A stretch of DNA of 64,000 nucleotides from Chloroflexota bacterium. Its GTDB lineage: Bacteria; Chloroflexota; Anaerolineae; JAAYEA01. A model generated the notes under the pieces. It did not search any database and had not been told where the DNA came from. It was given only the letters and a program-made list of their open reading frames with translations. Shown here piece after piece: positions 61,278 to 64,000 of this stretch; position 1 is the first letter of the stretch; each line of letters begins with the position of its first letter. The stretch is from assembly GCA_019873665.1 (NCBI GenBank), contig JAIOAV010000005.1, forward strand, positions 1 through 64,000. The letters are read 5' to 3'. The translations under genes and the position numbers were made by a program.

Positions 61278-64000
61278 CTAGACCTCCGCGCCCTCTGCTA
61301 ACGCTGCGAGTACGCGCTCCGGCGTGGCGGGCAGCGCATAGAGTCGCGCGCCGCAGGCATGATAGATGGCGTTGAGGATGGCAGGGGCGGTGGGAATGGA
61401 CGGGATCTCGCCGATCCCCTTGGCGCCATACGGCCCAGCGACTACTGGCTCCTCGACGATGACCGGCACGATCTCCGGCACATCGGCAGCGGTGGGCAGG
61501 TGGTAGTGCGCCAGATCGGTGATCAACGGGACCCCCTTCTCCTGGGGGAATTCCTCCCGCAAGGCCAGGCTCATGCCCATCACCACGCCGCCTTCGATCT
61601 GCCCCAACACGCCGAGCGGGTTGAGGGCACGGCCTACATCGTGCACGGCGATCACGCGCAAGACGCGAACAGCACCGGTCTCGGTATCCACCTCCACCTC
61701 GGCGAGCTGGGTGGTGTAGCCAAAGGCAAAGTGCATGTCGCCGCCTTGTCCCAGCGGCTGTGTGCGCGGAGGCGTATAGATGTGATCCGCTGCCAGCGAT
61801 GCCCCATCGCGACGGGCCAGCGCCACCGCTTCCTGCCAGGGCATTGCCCGGCCGTCCGGCGCGATCACCCGCCCATCGCGGCAGATCACGGTCTCGGCGG
61901 CCACTGACCAGTGGCGCGCCACCGTCCGGACGATGCTCTCTCTCACTGCCGCTGCGGCCAGCCGCACGGCGTTGCCAGTGATAAATGACTGCCGCGAGGC
62001 AGTGGTCGGGCCGCCATCCAGCGTGTGATCCGTGTCCCCCACCAGCACTTCCACACACGACAGCGGCACGCCCAGCTCCTCGGCGGCGATCTGCGCCAGC
62101 ACCGCCACCAGCCCCTGTCCCACCTCTGCCGCGCCCGCCCGCACCAGAACACGGCCATCTGGTTGCGCTTCGACCGTCCCGCCCGCAGAATCGGGCGCGC
62201 CGCCGCCCAACCCGACGTTCTTGTAGGCGCATGCCATTCCCCAGGCGCGCCGCATACGGCCCTCGCCGCCGACGACCCCGGGGGCGAGACCCTCCGGGGC
62301 GTAGCGCGCCAGCGCCACCGCCGCCTGATCCAGCGTTACCAGAAGGCCAACACCATCACGCAATACCTGGCCTGTCGCCGTCACGCTGCCGACGCGGAAC
62401 GCGTTCCGCCGCCGAATCTCGCATGGGGAGAGGCCGAGCTGCTCCGCCAGGATGTCCATCTGGCTCTCGATGGCAAAGGCTGCCTGTGGCACGCCAAAGC
62501 CGCGAAATGCGCCTGCCGGGATGTTGTTGGTATAGACGGCGCGGCAGTGAATGCGCACATGCGGGATCTCGTAAGGGCCAGTGGCATGCGTGGCCGTGCG
62601 GGTCATGACATGTGCGCCCAGCGAGGCGTACGCGCCCGTATCGCCCACGATATCCGCATCCAACGCTACCAGTCGGCCATCCCTGGTCACGCCGGTCTTG
62701 AGCCGAATCGTGGCCGGATGCCGCTTGGGATGTGCGATCAGCGACTCGGCACGGGAATAGACGAGCCGCACGGGGCGCCGTGTGACCCAGGCGGCCAGCG
62801 CGGCATGGATTTGCCCGGCGATATCCTCTTTGCCGCCAAAGGCGCCGCCGGTCTCGGTATGCACCACGCGCACCTGAGATTCGGGCAGATTCAACGAGGC
62901 GGCAATCTGCCGCCGGTCATCGAAGGGGATCTGCGAGCCGACCCATACGATCAGCCGTCCTTCCTCATCCACCGCGGCCACACAGGCTTCCGGCTCTAGG
63001 AAAGCATGCTCGGCGCGGGGCGTGTGGTAGATGCGCTCGACGATGAGGTCGGCCTGCGCGAATCCCTGCGTCACATCCCCACGCTCAATGTGGATCTCCT
63101 TGGCCACATTGCCCCCCGCATGCAAGAGCGGCGCGTCGGGCGCCAGTGCCATCTCCGGCGAGTCTATCACTGGCAGCGGTTCGGCGTCCACAACGATCAG
63201 CGAGAGCGCCTTGGCGGCGACGGCATCCGTCTCGGCGATGACGACAGCGATGGCATCGCCCACATAGCGCGTCTCATCGGCGCAAAGGACCGGCCAGTCA
63301 GGGCGTTCCAGGCCATGGCAGGGAGCGCCGGGGACATCCCGCGCTGTCAGCACCGCCACCACGCCTGGCAACGCCTGCGCGGCGTCCACATTGACCCGGC
63401 GCAGCCGTGCATGGGGATAAGGGGAGCGCAGCACACGCGCGACGAGCATCCCGGGCAGGTGGATATCCGCCGCATAGACCGCCGTGCCGGTTACTTTGGC
63501 CCGCGCATCGGGCCGCGTCGCCGGCTGGCCTACGGCCTGCAACGGTGCGTGCGGCGTCGGGACAACTGGCTTGGGCCATGGCTGGCCCGCCAGAGCTGCG
63601 GCTGCTGCCTGCACCGCCGCGACAATGCGCTCATAGCCGGTGCAGCGGCAGAGGTTGTGGCGTAGCGCGCGCCGAATCTGCTCTGCCGTCGGCTGCGGAT
63701 TGGCATCCAACAGCGCCTTGGCGGCCATGATCATGCCAGGCGTGCAAAAGCCGCATTGCACCGCGCCAAGCTCGATAAACGCCTGCTGCAGCGGATGCAG
63801 TTGCCCACCGCGGCTCAGGCCCTCGATGGTCTCCACGCGCTGCCCCGCCGCTTGCCGCGCGGGATAGACGCAGGCGCGCACCGCCTTGCCGCCGACGATC
63901 ACGGTGCATGCCCCGCAATGTCCCTGCGCGCAGCCGTTCTTGGTCCCCATCAACCCCAACTGGTCGCGCAGCACGGCCAGCAGCGACATCTTGGGCGTGA
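61278..64000 (-). CDS. MOP-type molybdopterin aldehyde oxidoreductase (2x[2Fe-2S] + MoCo domains in one chain), 5'-partial at window edge
   Basis: N-terminal [2Fe-2S] motifs (CAQGHCGACTV; CGFCTPGMIMAA…CRCTGY) fused to an ~750-aa xanthine-dehydrogenase-family Mo-binding domain. Length and architecture match Desulfovibrio-type MOP (~907 aa). The reading frame continues past position 64000, so the true start is outside the window. Confidence 0.75.
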   Translation of the reverse strand, partial: TPKMSLLAVLRDQLGLMGTKNGCAQGHCGACTVIVGGKAVRACVYPARQAAGQRVETIEGLSRGGQLHPLQQAFIELGAVQCGFCTPGMIMAAKALLDANPQPTAEQIRRALRHNLCRCTGYERIVAAVQAAAAALAGQPWPKPVVPTPHAPLQAVGQPATRPDARAKVTGTAVYAADIHLPGMLVARVLRSPYPHARLRRVNVDAAQALPGVVAVLTARDVPGAPCHGLERPDWPVLCADETRYVGDAIAVVIAETDAVAAKALSLIVVDAEPLPVIDSPEMALAPDAPLLHAGGNVAKEIHIERGDVTQGFAQADLIVERIYHTPRAEHAFLEPEACVAAVDEEGRLIVWVGSQIPFDDRRQIAASLNLPESQVRVVHTETGGAFGGKEDIAGQIHAALAAWVTRRPVRLVYSRAESLIAHPKRHPATIRLKTGVTRDGRLVALDADIVGDTGAYASLGAHVMTRTATHATGPYEIPHVRIHCRAVYTNNIPAGAFRGFGVPQAAFAIESQMDILAEQLGLSPCEIRRRNAFRVGSVTATGQVLRDGVGLLVTLDQAAVALARYAPEGLAPGVVGGEGRMRRAWGMACAYKNVGLGGGAPDSAGGTVEAQPDGRVLVRAGAAEVGQGLVAVLAQIAAEELGVPLSCVEVLVGDTDHTLDGGPTTASRQSFITGNAVRLAAAAVRESIVRTVARHWSVAAETVICRDGRVIAPDGRAMPWQEAVALARRDGASLAADHIYTPPRTQPLGQGGDMHFAFGYTTQLAEVEVDTETGAVRVLRVIAVHDVGRALNPLGVLGQIEGGVVMGMSLALREEFPQEKGVPLITDLAHYHLPTAADVPEIVPVIVEEPVVAGPYGAKGIGEIPSIPTAPAILNAIYHACGARLYALPATPERVLAALAEGAEV

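Overview
This is a high-GC (~65%) bacterial chromosomal window with dense coding on both strands. The gene content and organisation suggest a Chloroflexota-like genome: split gcvPA/gcvPB, many GTG starts and overlapping operon junctions. It is core metabolism and housekeeping with no obvious mobile DNA, CRISPR array or rRNA/tRNA gene. In order, the recognisable genes are tsaD, a membrane PP2C phosphatase with an NHL propeller, guaA and xpt. Next comes an exopolysaccharide locus (RmlA-like nucleotidyltransferase, BY-kinase, two Wzz-like co-polymerases, a GT4 glycosyltransferase), then mnmE and a class I methyltransferase, then rplS-rnhB, an SPFH protein, psuK-psuG, rpsO-pnp-lepB, dtd, an Amidase_3 lipoprotein, rpoD, an orphan ArsR regulator and a PolX polymerase. 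After that comes an etfB / ferredoxin-domain etfA / acyl-CoA dehydrogenase cluster followed by a 2-oxoacid:ferredoxin oxidoreductase (korA plus a fused korB-gamma), two Gfo/Idh/MocA oxidoreductases, and two radical-SAM genes directly upstream of gcvH-gcvPA-gcvPB, which has no gcvT. A very large BNR-repeat secreted protein follows, then a roughly 10 kb minus-strand operon, then proB-proA and a partial MOP-type molybdenum aldehyde oxidoreductase at the window edge. Two things stand out as most unusual. First, that minus-strand operon appears to run from one sigma70-like promoter to one terminator and encodes a poly-ferredoxin, a tungsten-type aldehyde:ferredoxin oxidoreductase, a ThiS/MoaD-like protein, a nucleotidyltransferase-phosphohexomutase fusion, a 396-aa unknown, and a 1214-aa single polypeptide that fuses serine hydroxymethyltransferase to two aminomethyltransferase (GcvT-family) domains. 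Second, a conserved non-coding element of about 170 bp sits in three copies directly upstream of three unrelated genes (a secreted protein, the methyltransferase and rpoD). A tandem pair of about 80-nt palindromic hairpin units also lies between the kor and mocA genes.
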